IMG/VR virus record: IMGVR_UViG_3300027708_000013
Direction: 5' to 3' (one strand)
Source: a virus
Taxonomy: Duplodnaviria > Caudoviricetes
Length of the DNA: 64,000 nt
A model generated the notes under the pieces. It worked only from the letters and a program-made list of their open reading frames with translations. It was not told the DNA's origin and did not search any database. Shown here piece by piece: positions 46,250 through 55,261 of this stretch (position 1 is its first letter; each line of letters opens with the position of its first letter). A program made the position numbers and the translations under genes.

Positions 46250-47671
46250 TTATTTTCCTTGAATATTATTTTGATCTTTGAGAAATGCGTATAACAATAT
46301 CTGACCACTGGGTTTTATTCCTGTAAGAACAGCTGGCAAATTAAAATATTTTACACTCTCAACACAATGTTCCGGGGATACATTTTTAGCAATTGACTCA
46401 TTGAGTACAGCAAGATCGGTATTCAATGTCGAATCAAACAATGCCAAATAGATTTTGTTATTAGTAAAATCTGGAACCAATTGAAAATTAGTTGGATGGT
46501 AACAAGTACGTAGGTAATTTTCTAACTCTTGTATATAAACAGTCTTATTGTCTATAGTAAATGAATATGTACGACCTTGATAGAACAACTTATCATCATC
46601 CTCTACAAACCCATCAGCAAGTGTGTGCCATTCGTACCCAGTTCTCCGAGCATGAACAAGATTTTTTTCTAGTATAAATTCCAGACCAGGTGCACGTTCA
46701 GTAAACAAGTTATTTACATAATTCCTATAATTACTTTTTGTCACTCTCGAAATAAACATGGTACCTATTTCGCTACAACCAAATTGATTTATAATTTCTT
46801 TGGGATTAATATTTTCAAAAATCCAACTGCAAATATTTGCATCATATCCACGCAAAGTACGAATTGATAACTGGCCTCCCATATCTATAGGAGTTGTTTG
46901 ATCAAAATAATTAACCCATTCGTAGGGAATAATAATAGTAGTTAGTTTGTACTTTTGAATATAAGGCAGTACTAAATTTAGATAATTTTTTGCATTATAA
47001 TTTTCTCCAGTAGTAGCAGATGTCATGGTCCTGATAAAATAGTGTTCTGTTGCAACACTTAATAGGGGTAACGCATAGTCGATAAAAAGTGCCCCATGAT
47101 GGAAAGTTTTAAAATGAAAAGGACGATCTTTATCATTGTACCCGTGAAATGACGCTATTTCTCTTGTGCGATCAATTAAGTGCCGATGTGTAAAATCAAC
47201 TATTTTTGGCCTACCTGTTGTGCCGCTTGTGTGCGTTTTTATAGCCACAGTTGACGTAGATATCTCTATGCAGTCGCTATCTTCGTATTGATTAGCATTA
47301 TTGTAATTGCGTAAATTAATTGATGGCGTATCAAATGAGTTGACTGATCTCGAGGTTGCGGGGTGTGGTATTGATAAATCGATAAAATTATAAAAATCTT
47401 TGAATTCTGGTATTTGAGTAAAACCAACATTGAGATCGTGTACAAATAAATTACCGCCTAACTCCCATACAGCCAGTATTATAGGCACTACCCAATCAAA
47501 ATCATTGATGCCTACATAAATTGTTTTACTGTATGTATTGTCATTTAGTTCTTGACGTATTTGTTTTTTAAGAAAACATTTACGGTTTTGTATCTCTGAG
47601 GGGTTGATTTTTTGGCCAAAAAAATCAACCAATGAACAATCGTCCCTAATTAACTCTGATGCATTATTCAT
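46250..47671 (-). CDS. divergent adenylate-forming (ANL/acyl-CoA ligase-like) enzyme
   Basis: HTSGTTGRPK (A3), FGCSEIG (A5), D..YQGR (A7/A8); AT-rich. Confidence 0.7.
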   Translation of the reverse strand: MNNASELIRDDCSLVDFFGQKINPSEIQNRKCFLKKQIRQELNDNTYSKTIYVGINDFDWVVPIILAVWELGGNLFVHDLNVGFTQIPEFKDFYNFIDLSIPHPATSRSVNSFDTPSINLRNYNNANQYEDSDCIEISTSTVAIKTHTSGTTGRPKIVDFTHRHLIDRTREIASFHGYNDKDRPFHFKTFHHGALFIDYALPLLSVATEHYFIRTMTSATTGENYNAKNYLNLVLPYIQKYKLTTIIIPYEWVNYFDQTTPIDMGGQLSIRTLRGYDANICSWIFENINPKEIINQFGCSEIGTMFISRVTKSNYRNYVNNLFTERAPGLEFILEKNLVHARRTGYEWHTLADGFVEDDDKLFYQGRTYSFTIDNKTVYIQELENYLRTCYHPTNFQLVPDFTNNKIYLALFDSTLNTDLAVLNESIAKNVSPEHCVESVKYFNLPAVLTGIKPSGQILLYAFLKDQNNIQGK

Positions 47672-48597
47672 TGGTTGACCTGAATACCTTGTTGTTCGAT
47701 AAATTTCCGGTTATCATTGATTGTTTTTATAATAAAACGATTAAATTCGTTTGCATTTCTGGTCCAAATTTTACCATGTACTATTTCGACTATTTCTTTT
47801 ACTTCCGGAGTTTGTAAAGCCTGCATAATATCAATTTGTATTTGTTTGGCTTTATCTTTTGCTATTGATTTATTAATAAAAAATGCAATTTGTCCGTTAC
47901 TTATATTAAATTTATCACCAAAAAATTCTTGTGCAGTGGGCACATCAGGAAACGCAGGATCCTGTTTTTCAGCTGTTGTTGCTAACCAATTTAATTTACC
48001 ACTGTTACGATATTGTTTAGTAGATCCAATGCTTCCGCATGAAAATGCCAGTTCGCCGCCGGCTACATCGGCGAACCATTGGCTGTATTCTTTATACGGC
48101 ACGTGAGTAACTGATAGGCCTAACATTTTTGCCACTTCGATGCCGCAAAAATGTCCGGCAGAGCCAACCCCCCATGACCCGTAAAAAGGCCTGTCTTTAA
48201 TGATTGTACGTAAATCGTCTAGCGTTCGAATTTTGTTGTTGGTAAATATCACCCAATCATTACTATAAAATGGTGCCAATACTTGTAACTTTGCAAATTG
48301 TTCTTCTTTGTTATACAGTATAGGCATGGTACTCCAGGCACCATGATCAAGCATTAATATAGTGTGATTACTTGCAGGTTCGTTAACGTAATAGTTCAGT
48401 GCTACCACCCCTGCAGCACCGGGTCGATTTTCAATTAATACTGGGGTATTCCATTTAATAGTGAGTACTTCTGCTAACTTTCGTGCCACTGTGTCTGGTG
48501 CAGAACCCGTTGGTAGATTTAAAACTATTCTAACAGGTTCTGCGTGTGCAGACGCAACCAATAGTAAAGTTATTAAAAATTTTAATATACTTTTCAT
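47668..48597 (-). CDS. Bug/TctC substrate-binding protein
   Basis: Signal peptide, PTGSAPDTVAR, IENRPGAAG, YGSWGVGSAGH, HVPYK, PDVPT. Confidence 0.9.
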   Translation of the reverse strand: MKSILKFLITLLLVASAHAEPVRIVLNLPTGSAPDTVARKLAEVLTIKWNTPVLIENRPGAAGVVALNYYVNEPASNHTILMLDHGAWSTMPILYNKEEQFAKLQVLAPFYSNDWVIFTNNKIRTLDDLRTIIKDRPFYGSWGVGSAGHFCGIEVAKMLGLSVTHVPYKEYSQWFADVAGGELAFSCGSIGSTKQYRNSGKLNWLATTAEKQDPAFPDVPTAQEFFGDKFNISNGQIAFFINKSIAKDKAKQIQIDIMQALQTPEVKEIVEIVHGKIWTRNANEFNRFIIKTINDNRKFIEQQGIQVNQ

Positions 48598-48603
48598 TGA
48601 ATA

Positions 48604-48918
48604 TTATTCTGATTGAATTTTAACTTGTAGCGGAAAGCCCGAACTTCTGGCCAACAGTGTCACTTCAATGCCTTTTTGTTCCGCTAGTTCATAAGGCAAG
48701 GTTGCCACCACTGCGGAGCCTTCTTCATGCACACGTAGAGTCAATGTTTCTGCACTTTCTCTGGCATAGTTAAACACTGATGTCAGTGTTTCTATAACAA
48801 ATTCTTGTGTGGTAACATCGTCGTTTACGTAAATTACATTGTAGTCGTTGGGTGTTTCTACTTGTTCCCGCGGAGCAATTCTAGGTCTTACAGAGGTTTT
48901 GGTTTTAATGTCTGGCAT
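48604..48918 (-). CDS. clpS: Clp protease adaptor ClpS
   Basis: YNVIYVNDDVTTQEFV, VHEEGSAVV, FPLQVKI. Confidence 0.9.
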   Translation of the reverse strand: MPDIKTKTSVRPRIAPREQVETPNDYNVIYVNDDVTTQEFVIETLTSVFNYARESAETLTLRVHEEGSAVVATLPYELAEQKGIEVTLLARSSGFPLQVKIQSE

Positions 48919-48934
48919 AATTGTACTATATTTA

Positions 48935-48958
48935 CAAGGGCGGGTGATTCCGCCCTTG
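48935..48958. other. perfect 9-bp hairpin between hsp20 and clpS
   Basis: CAAGGGCGG-GTGATT-CCGCCCTTG, no U-tract, immediately followed by a TAAATA box on the minus strand. Confidence 0.55.
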
Positions 48959-48964
48959 AACTGC

Positions 48965-49420
48965 TTACTTGGTAAAAGTAATGTTGATTTTCTTAGGTTG
49001 CTTTTCTTCTGGAACAATATGTTCCAATGCAACAGCCAAGATACCGTGTTGCACAGTGGCACCACGTACTTCTACATCATCGGCCAAGGTAAATGTACGA
49101 ACAAAGTTTCTAGTTGAAATACCTTTGTGCTGATACTCAATCTCTACTTCGGGCTTGGTTTGCTCGCCCTTGACTGTTAGTACACCATCCTTTAATTCTA
49201 CATCTAATTCGCTTTCTTTGAATCCAGCCACAGCAATTTCCACCACATAGTGTGTATCGTCCAATCGGGCGATGTTGTATGGAGGATAATTACCATCTTG
49301 TTTGCTGTTGGCAAAAGTGCGATTCAAGTCATCAAACATACGATCAACCCCAATGGCGTGACGATGTAGTTGTGCGTGAAATGCAGGTAAATCTAGGGTG
49401 TGAAGTGTGAAATTTGTCAT
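48965..49420 (-). CDS. small heat-shock protein (Hsp20/IbpA-like)
   Basis: YPPYNI, EIAVAGF, HKGISTRNFVRTFTLA, GILAV. Confidence 0.93.
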   Translation of the reverse strand: MTNFTLHTLDLPAFHAQLHRHAIGVDRMFDDLNRTFANSKQDGNYPPYNIARLDDTHYVVEIAVAGFKESELDVELKDGVLTVKGEQTKPEVEIEYQHKGISTRNFVRTFTLADDVEVRGATVQHGILAVALEHIVPEEKQPKKINITFTK

Positions 49421-49427
49421 TTTATAT

Positions 49428-49482
49428 CTCCTTTTAAGCAAGTTTATGACTGTTAATGTGTAGCCCCACTATGGGCACTACA
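49428..49482 (-). promoter_or_regulatory. ROSE-like RNA thermometer candidate
   Basis: CUUGCU-UAAA-AGGAG hairpin with a bulged G over the SD, plus an upstream hairpin at 49459-49482. Confidence 0.55.
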
Positions 49483-49486
49483 AGTA

Positions 49487-49494
49487 TATTTATA
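49487..49494 (-). promoter_or_regulatory. T4-type late promoter box
   Basis: Exact TATAAATA. Confidence 0.65.
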
Positions 49495-49508
49495 CAGGAA
49501 ATTTACAA

Positions 49509-49754
49509 CTAATACAACTTTTTTGGTAAACTTTCACCGGCTAATTTTTTACGCCAGCGGTTTTTAGCAGCGGCCTTGGCCTGTTTGCGACGAGTAGTGG
49601 GTTTCACGTAGGTTTCACGTTCTTTTAATTCTCTCAGTAACCCGGATTCCAACACTTTTTTCTTGAATTTTCGTAGAGCTTTTTCAGCGTTGCCATCGTG
49701 TACCACAACAGTGCAACCAGTGAATTTATTGTATTTTGATTTTTCGTATGCCAT
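49509..49754 (-). CDS. rpsU: 30S ribosomal protein bS21
   Basis: EKALRKFKKK...LRELKERETYVKPTTRRK. Confidence 0.9.
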   Translation of the reverse strand: MAYEKSKYNKFTGCTVVVHDGNAEKALRKFKKKVLESGLLRELKERETYVKPTTRRKQAKAAAKNRWRKKLAGESLPKKLY

Positions 49755-49759
49755 AGTGT

Positions 49760-51460
49760 TTATTTACCCATTACTGTGTTGACTTGTTGAATTTCCACGT
49801 CCGACAAATCATCAACACTGTATTCTCCAGTGCTAATCTTTTCAGCCAGGTATTGAATATACGCATCGTTGTAGTTGTAGATGTCTGTGGATCGTTTGTT
49901 GATTTCTATCCATTTGACATCGTTCCATTTAAACAGTCTTGAAGGTTTAAAATCGGTTCTTAAAAACATATCACCACGACCAGGAGCATCAGGAAAACCG
50001 ACCCCAAAATCTGCTGAGGGCTGACGTGCAGGCAATGTTTGTATTATTTCTTCTACTATTTCTTCAGGTGTCAAAGACATAGAATCTTCAGGAAAAACTA
50101 CAGGATCGTCCTCTTCTGTAACCGGTACAGCAGGCATTGACGCTATGATATCCAGTTCCTGTGCCAATTCATCGGCACGAGTCATTTCGTAACTGTGTGC
50201 AGAAAACAATTGATCACGTTCTTGTTGTAATATTTCTAATCTTTGCGTAAGTGTGTCAACATGCCGAGTAAGATCTTGTTCACGTCCCAGGGTGCGTAGG
50301 CACTGGTCAGTTATCGAGTTGTGATCCTCTGTTAATTCTTGTAATGCCCGTTGTGTTAGTTCCAGTTCGCGAGTTCTTTCGTTTAATGCTTGTTCTTGAT
50401 TTTGTACAAATTCCACTAGTAATTCAGCATCACGTTGTGCCTGTTGTAGATCCTGTTCAAGACTTGACACACGTGGATCGTCCGTTGCAACAGCGGCAAC
50501 CACTGTGTGTTCTGCTGTTTCATCATCAGCATCATCTAGTACGGTGTATTTGATTTCTCGTTCCACTTCTGCGTCGGCCAATTGATGGTTGACGGTATCG
50601 AAGTCAACCACAGGTGGAGGCGGGGGCTGTACAGGTTCAAGTTGAATTTCGGGGTGTGTGTTTTTTGGTGTAATTTCATTAACTAATTCTTTTAATACAG
50701 GAGTCTTTTTATCCCACTCCAGCTGTTTTAATCCGGCAATGATCAACATCAATGCCAAGGGATCAAACACCAACACAATCAACACAATCACCCAGCGTAC
50801 TGCACGTTCTAGGCTTTCAGCACTGGTATTGTCACTGCTGATCATTGCGGCTACATATTTTAACGGTCCGACTTCAGCTTCCACTTTCCTAACTTCTGCG
50901 GCAATCGGCGCTCGCTCCTGGTTGAGAGCGGTGATCCTTTGTTGAGCCGCTGTAATGTCCTGAGAGATGCGACTACGTTCTTTCTGCTGGCTCTTTCGAA
51001 CACTACTGGATCTACTCGCCCCTTCTTCCGTAGTTGAGCGTGCCATAACTTGGTCCACAGCCTCATCCATCTGTTTGAGTTGTTTGCGATTGGCATCTAT
51101 GTTCTCCCGTTCGGTTTTGATCTTTTCATCAATGATTTCAACTTGTGCTTGTATGTTGCCTGTGGGAATAGCCTGATCTAAATGTGCTTTGGAAAGGAAT
51201 CCAAAAACACCAATGGATGTCAGCAACATTAAAAATATCAGGGCCGGAACTAGATACAGTTTGTATTGTACTCCAGCTCGTTGCCAGTTCTGATGTAACC
51301 AAACCGCTGCCATAATTTTACCAGCTTCCAAGGTTATGCCCATGACAATGATGGGAACAGTGGCGGCAGCAAATATAGCAGTCAATCCCAGTACAGAGTA
51401 ATAAGCCGAAACAGCCGAAATGGCCATGGCAATTAAGAGAGTTGTTATTCCAAGTATCAT
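49760..51460 (-). CDS. membrane protein with long coiled coils
   Basis: About four TM segments (SAYYSVLGL, VFDPLA) and an acidic coiled-coil tail. Confidence 0.75.
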   Translation of the reverse strand: MILGITTLLIAMAISAVSAYYSVLGLTAIFAAATVPIIVMGITLEAGKIMAAVWLHQNWQRAGVQYKLYLVPALIFLMLLTSIGVFGFLSKAHLDQAIPTGNIQAQVEIIDEKIKTERENIDANRKQLKQMDEAVDQVMARSTTEEGASRSSSVRKSQQKERSRISQDITAAQQRITALNQERAPIAAEVRKVEAEVGPLKYVAAMISSDNTSAESLERAVRWVIVLIVLVFDPLALMLIIAGLKQLEWDKKTPVLKELVNEITPKNTHPEIQLEPVQPPPPPVVDFDTVNHQLADAEVEREIKYTVLDDADDETAEHTVVAAVATDDPRVSSLEQDLQQAQRDAELLVEFVQNQEQALNERTRELELTQRALQELTEDHNSITDQCLRTLGREQDLTRHVDTLTQRLEILQQERDQLFSAHSYEMTRADELAQELDIIASMPAVPVTEEDDPVVFPEDSMSLTPEEIVEEIIQTLPARQPSADFGVGFPDAPGRGDMFLRTDFKPSRLFKWNDVKWIEINKRSTDIYNYNDAYIQYLAEKISTGEYSVDDLSDVEIQQVNTVMGK

Positions 51461-51491
51461 AGTTTAATATTCGTTGAGTTTTTACTCAGTA

Positions 51492-51520
51492 AGTATACTT
51501 GGAATTTTAGGTGAGGTCAA
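51492..51520 (-). promoter_or_regulatory. sigma70-type promoter (repeat family)
   Basis: TTGACC-17-TATACT. Confidence 0.7.
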
Positions 51521-51529
51521 TACGTTTGG

Positions 51530-52642
51530 TTAGTTAACTTTGATCACTGCAAAATTGATTACCAAAGTATCACTTGCATTGGCGCCGGATCCAGTACTGT
51601 CGGCATTATTGATACTAATATCAAAACTTCCACTGGAACTTATATTGTTAACCGAAACACTGTAAGAAACCGTCGCTCCATTGGCAACACTGACCATAAC
51701 TATATCCTTGGCACTGGTAATGTAACTGTTGTTCACTGTAAACTTGACACTGGCACCTTTTGCTATTTGTGTGCTACTTGTAGTAATTTGTCCTGTGCGA
51801 CCATTGCATGTAACTGCTGTGGTCTTGTTTGTCAGCTGTGTTGCTGTGGCATTGTTCTGTGTTTGATCGTAGCGAATGTTACCAGTTACTGTAAGTCCTG
51901 TGTTGTCAATTGATGCCACTTGTGTAATTGTATTTGATCCAATTGGTGTGGTCCATAATGCAATATTACTGCCTTGGTTGGTACTGGTTTGTACTTCTGT
52001 AGCGTACATCTCAATTCGAGTTGTTGACACAGTGGGCCAGCCGCTGGCATTATAAGGAGTAGATCCATATCGTGTTACTAATGTATTTGATTGTACAGCA
52101 GTTGGCGCACCAGCAGTACCATTGTATCGTCGTCCGCCAAAGAAAGCATAGGCATTAGCACCGTCATTATATAATCTCGATGGTGTTGATGGTTGCCCGG
52201 TTATGTGTAACATGACACCAACGTTTTGAGGAGAAACAACAGCTTTGTTGGGTGTGCCAATAATATCAATCCCGCTATCGGTTGCATTTTGAACCGGTAC
52301 GTAGAAATTTATAGTACCGTTGGTCAAACTGTCAATTAATGGGGTTCCGTCAGTTTGTGTAACAAACAATTCACCAATGATCTTGACATTACCTGTACCA
52401 TTGGTAATTAAGTTAATATCTTCATTGGCATTCAATGAAGATATATTTCCGCCTGTTACATATAAATTACCAATGTTGGCACTCAATGTTGTAAATAAAA
52501 TAGATGTGCCGCCTGGGGTGCGGCCGTCGCTTACACGTAGACTTTTTATAGTCTCGTCGTAAAATATACGACCTTTTTCTCCGACGTAAGTGGATCCAGT
52601 TGTTTTTTTTACTCTGCTAGTAAAAAACTTTTGTATTGTCAC
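51530..52642 (-). CDS. probable virion structural/tail fibre protein
   Basis: YVGEKGRIFYD...LRVSDGRTPGG N-terminus; Thr/Gly/Asn-rich beta composition. Confidence 0.55.
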   Translation of the reverse strand: MTIQKFFTSRVKKTTGSTYVGEKGRIFYDETIKSLRVSDGRTPGGTSILFTTLSANIGNLYVTGGNISSLNANEDINLITNGTGNVKIIGELFVTQTDGTPLIDSLTNGTINFYVPVQNATDSGIDIIGTPNKAVVSPQNVGVMLHITGQPSTPSRLYNDGANAYAFFGGRRYNGTAGAPTAVQSNTLVTRYGSTPYNASGWPTVSTTRIEMYATEVQTSTNQGSNIALWTTPIGSNTITQVASIDNTGLTVTGNIRYDQTQNNATATQLTNKTTAVTCNGRTGQITTSSTQIAKGASVKFTVNNSYITSAKDIVMVSVANGATVSYSVSVNNISSSGSFDISINNADSTGSGANASDTLVINFAVIKVN

Positions 52643-52647
52643 CGAAT

Positions 52648-53028
52648 TTACCCTTCAAAAGGTTCGTCTTCGTCTGCAGCCACGATGGTAAATGTGGGAA
52701 TACCAGCGTTCTGTTTAATTATGTCAAGTTCATCAGGTTGGCCAGATACTTCGCCGTTGGGTTCGCAACCACAAGGATCACAGCCACAACTTGTACAAGC
52801 ACCTTCAACACCGGCTAACTTTTTCATCAAGTCCAGTTTTTGTTGCAGTGGTGCCACCATTGAACGTGTATTGATTACTTCCTTGTTTTCACCATTACCA
52901 GGTTCAACAGTGTGTAATTGTGCCGACTGGTCCTGATGTGGAACTTGCTGTGCAATGTCTTGAGGGCTGTCGGATTCAGCTCCGTCTACTACATCGGCTA
53001 GTCGGCGTAAAATTTCTGCTATGTTCAT
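52648..53028 (-). CDS. hypothetical protein
   Basis: 126 aa; CTSCGCDPCGC motif. Confidence 0.65.
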   Translation of the reverse strand: MNIAEILRRLADVVDGAESDSPQDIAQQVPHQDQSAQLHTVEPGNGENKEVINTRSMVAPLQQKLDLMKKLAGVEGACTSCGCDPCGCEPNGEVSGQPDELDIIKQNAGIPTFTIVAADEDEPFEG

Positions 53029-53037
53029 TGTTGTCCT

Positions 53038-53352
53038 TTAAACTGCGATGTACCGTTGACCATCACCTACAAATCCTCTAGAGTTGACAGTGCCGATTTG
53101 TGTAACTGTGATTGCTGTTGCCACACCGCCTACAGGGGCAACAGATAAAAATCCACCAATGTTACCATTGGTGATCATGTTGATATCAGTTGGACGATTT
53201 GCGGCTATCATTGGACCAACGTTGGCAGTGGTGCTGGCCAAAGCACTGATGGCATAATAACAAGCATTATTGGCCACCACTTTGACACGAGTGCTGGTAA
53301 TGACCGCGGTATTTGCCACAGTTGTTGTTTGAAATGTATATGATGTTGCCAT
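53038..53352 (-). CDS. probable structural protein
   Basis: TATAAATA box at 53377-53384 and AAGGA SD. Confidence 0.6.
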   Translation of the reverse strand: MATSYTFQTTTVANTAVITSTRVKVVANNACYYAISALASTTANVGPMIAANRPTDINMITNGNIGGFLSVAPVGGVATAITVTQIGTVNSRGFVGDGQRYIAV

Positions 53353-53392
53353 GCTAAAATTCCTTAATTATAGTGTTATTTATACAAAAAAG

Positions 53393-53418
53393 AAAAACCC
53401 ACTTGAGGAAAGTGGGTT
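53393..53418 (-). terminator. intrinsic terminator
   Basis: AACCCACTT stem followed by a T-run. Confidence 0.75.
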
Positions 53419-53437
53419 CCTGATGGCACACCCGGGG

Positions 53438-53620
53438 TTATTTCAGCTTCATTACATGTTCAAGTATGGCCCGCACATCGGGAAAACCTTGAGTTTCTTT
53501 CGTGGCCACCACAGATTCAATCATGTCCTCTTGTATTTCGTGCAGTCCTGCCACAAACGCACCAATTTGATCTCGGGTCAGTGTCATACGCAATACATTG
53601 TATCGTTTATTTTCTTCCAT
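53438..53620 (-). CDS. hypothetical protein
   Basis: 60-aa ORF in operon. Confidence 0.55.
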   Translation of the reverse strand: MEENKRYNVLRMTLTRDQIGAFVAGLHEIQEDMIESVVATKETQGFPDVRAILEHVMKLK

Positions 53621-53964
53621 TATACTATTACCCTTTGCTCTTGTCCCAGTCTGTTGCTGTAAATTTTAATACCGCGGTGTCGAACCAGCTCGGCCGAGCC
53701 CTGCGGGTCGTTATGAAACATTTCTTTAACATCTTCTTCAGTAATACCCGATTCCACATCTAAGAAGTAGATTTCGTAATTGCGGTGTTCATTGGCACGA
53801 GCCCGTGCCATCAAGCCCCACATTATTCTTTGAACTGAGTGGCCGGGAGTTTTATCTTGCAATATGCCCCATATGCTTTCTTGTTCAACATGAGTGACAT
53901 TGAGCACTGACTCGATGCCCATGCAGTCCCAACTCAGTATGAATCGATTGGCACCGTCGCTCAT
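53620..53964 (-). CDS. hypothetical protein
   Basis: ILSWDCMGIE and RARANEHRNYEIY; ATGA overlap. Confidence 0.7.
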   Translation of the reverse strand: MSDGANRFILSWDCMGIESVLNVTHVEQESIWGILQDKTPGHSVQRIMWGLMARARANEHRNYEIYFLDVESGITEEDVKEMFHNDPQGSAELVRHRGIKIYSNRLGQEQRVIV

Positions 53965-54281
53965 ACTGTATATTCTTCACCAGTTAAAACATCCACCACT
54001 CGGGCTCCGGCTCCAAAAGCCGCCCGCATTTCAAATAATTCTTCTGCACTTGGTGCTCGACGATTTTTGCGATACTGTTCAATTGCAATACGGTCTTCCT
54101 CTACACGTTGTTCAACACTGTTGCGTAGTTCTTGAGCAGTGATCCAACCAGCATCCACAAAATTCTGCAACATGTCTTCAAACGGGATTCTATCGTTACT
54201 GTTCCAGCGAATCACTGCACCTGTTGCTGAATTGGTTTCGTCAATGTAAAATTGTGATTTGTATTTTGCATCTATCATCAT
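53961..54281 (-). CDS. hypothetical protein
   Basis: Start reassigned after AGGAG; ELFEMRAAFG...VVDVLTG. Confidence 0.7.
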   Translation of the reverse strand: MMIDAKYKSQFYIDETNSATGAVIRWNSNDRIPFEDMLQNFVDAGWITAQELRNSVEQRVEEDRIAIEQYRKNRRAPSAEELFEMRAAFGAGARVVDVLTGEEYTV

Positions 54282-54308
54282 CAGCTCCTTTTGTTTAACT
54301 ATACAACT

Positions 54309-54337
54309 ATTATAAACGATACGGAATTCTGGGTCAA
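54309..54337 (-). promoter_or_regulatory. sigma70-type early promoter (repeat family)
   Basis: TTGACC-17-TATAAT. Confidence 0.85.
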
Positions 54338-54345
54338 CCAAACTG

Positions 54346-54570
54346 TCAATTGCGATCCACAGGCAAACACTGGTAATCACGCTGATATTTTAGTTGAATA
54401 TCAACTACTTGCGTCAATTGTGGCGTTGTTGCAACACCCGGAGGGATGGTTTTTGCTGTGTAAATTGCTCGAACAGCAGATTCACAGGCAGATTTTGTGG
54501 GATATGTGCCCAGCAGGGCTGGATTACTGCCTACTGTCACTGCGATAAAGATCAATGCGTACATTAACAA
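54346..54570 (-). CDS. small secreted hypothetical protein
   Basis: Hydrophobic N-terminus; GGAGG SD. Confidence 0.6.
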   Translation of the reverse strand: MLMYALIFIAVTVGSNPALLGTYPTKSACESAVRAIYTAKTIPPGVATTPQLTQVVDIQLKYQRDYQCLPVDRN

Positions 54571-54770
54571 CCTCCTGTGATACGGTCAAAAATTTGTTGT
54601 TGTAAAACAGCAACATCTTCATTGCTGACATAAAAATCGGTAGTGGGGTCGTAATACTCGCCAGCTTTGGGGTCGTAGTATAGCACAGCACCACTGGGAT
54701 AATGAAACGGACCTTCTAAATCTTTGCGTGGTTGCCATTTGGCATCGTGTTGGAAAACAGTATAGGCCAT
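54564..54770 (-). CDS. conserved phage hypothetical protein
   Basis: LEGPFHY...YYDPKAGEYYDP motif. Confidence 0.7.
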   Translation of the reverse strand: MAYTVFQHDAKWQPRKDLEGPFHYPSGAVLYYDPKAGEYYDPTTDFYVSNEDVAVLQQQIFDRITGGC

Positions 54771-54771
54771 G

Positions 54772-54987
54772 TTATTCCTCCGCATCAACTACTAATTCCA
54801 TGTCAACTACTAATTCCACGACATCGTACCAGCAACACCCGCCGTCGTCTTTGTTCAAAGCCTCAAGAACTTTTAATTCATTCTTGGCCTTGAATTCGCT
54901 AGCAAATGCTTTGACTACTTCGTAACGAGAAGTGTATTCTGTTTCGTCACCTTCTACCACGCACCATAATATCATATCAACTCCCAA
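54772..54987 (-). CDS. hypothetical protein
   Basis: Acidic 71-aa ORF below a promoter. Confidence 0.55.
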   Translation of the reverse strand: MGVDMILWCVVEGDETEYTSRYEVVKAFASEFKAKNELKVLEALNKDDGGCCWYDVVELVVDMELVVDAEE

Positions 54988-55004
54988 ATTGTTACAATAC
55001 TAGT

Positions 55005-55033
55005 ATTATAACAAATGGGCAATTATGGGTCAA
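55005..55033 (-). promoter_or_regulatory. sigma70-type early promoter (repeat family)
   Basis: TTGACC-17-TATAAT. Confidence 0.85.
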
Positions 55034-55039
55034 CCGCAA

Positions 55040-55261
55040 TTAATGTAGAGTTTGATCGTTGTAAACATTGCTGATGTCAGTGATACCAAATACTTTTAAA
55101 ATTCTAGCAATGTTTTTTGGAGTTTTGAAAGGTACGCTTTCTGGTAAGAATACAGACTTTAGTTCACCGTCGGGTCCTAGTATAAAACCGTAGTCGTCGT
55201 CTGAAATTTCGGTGTCGTATACATCATCTTGATTGACGTCCTGCTGTGCTGTTTTGCTCAT
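55040..55261 (-). CDS. hypothetical protein
   Basis: DDYGFILGPDGELKSVF. Confidence 0.6.
   Translation of the reverse strand: MSKTAQQDVNQDDVYDTEISDDDYGFILGPDGELKSVFLPESVPFKTPKNIARILKVFGITDISNVYNDQTLH

Noticed and set aside
136-55033. Dispersed ggtcaacc repeats as a CRISPR array or IS ends
   Set aside because: They are scattered, not regularly spaced, and each resolves as a -35/17/-10 promoter. No cas or transposase genes are seen.
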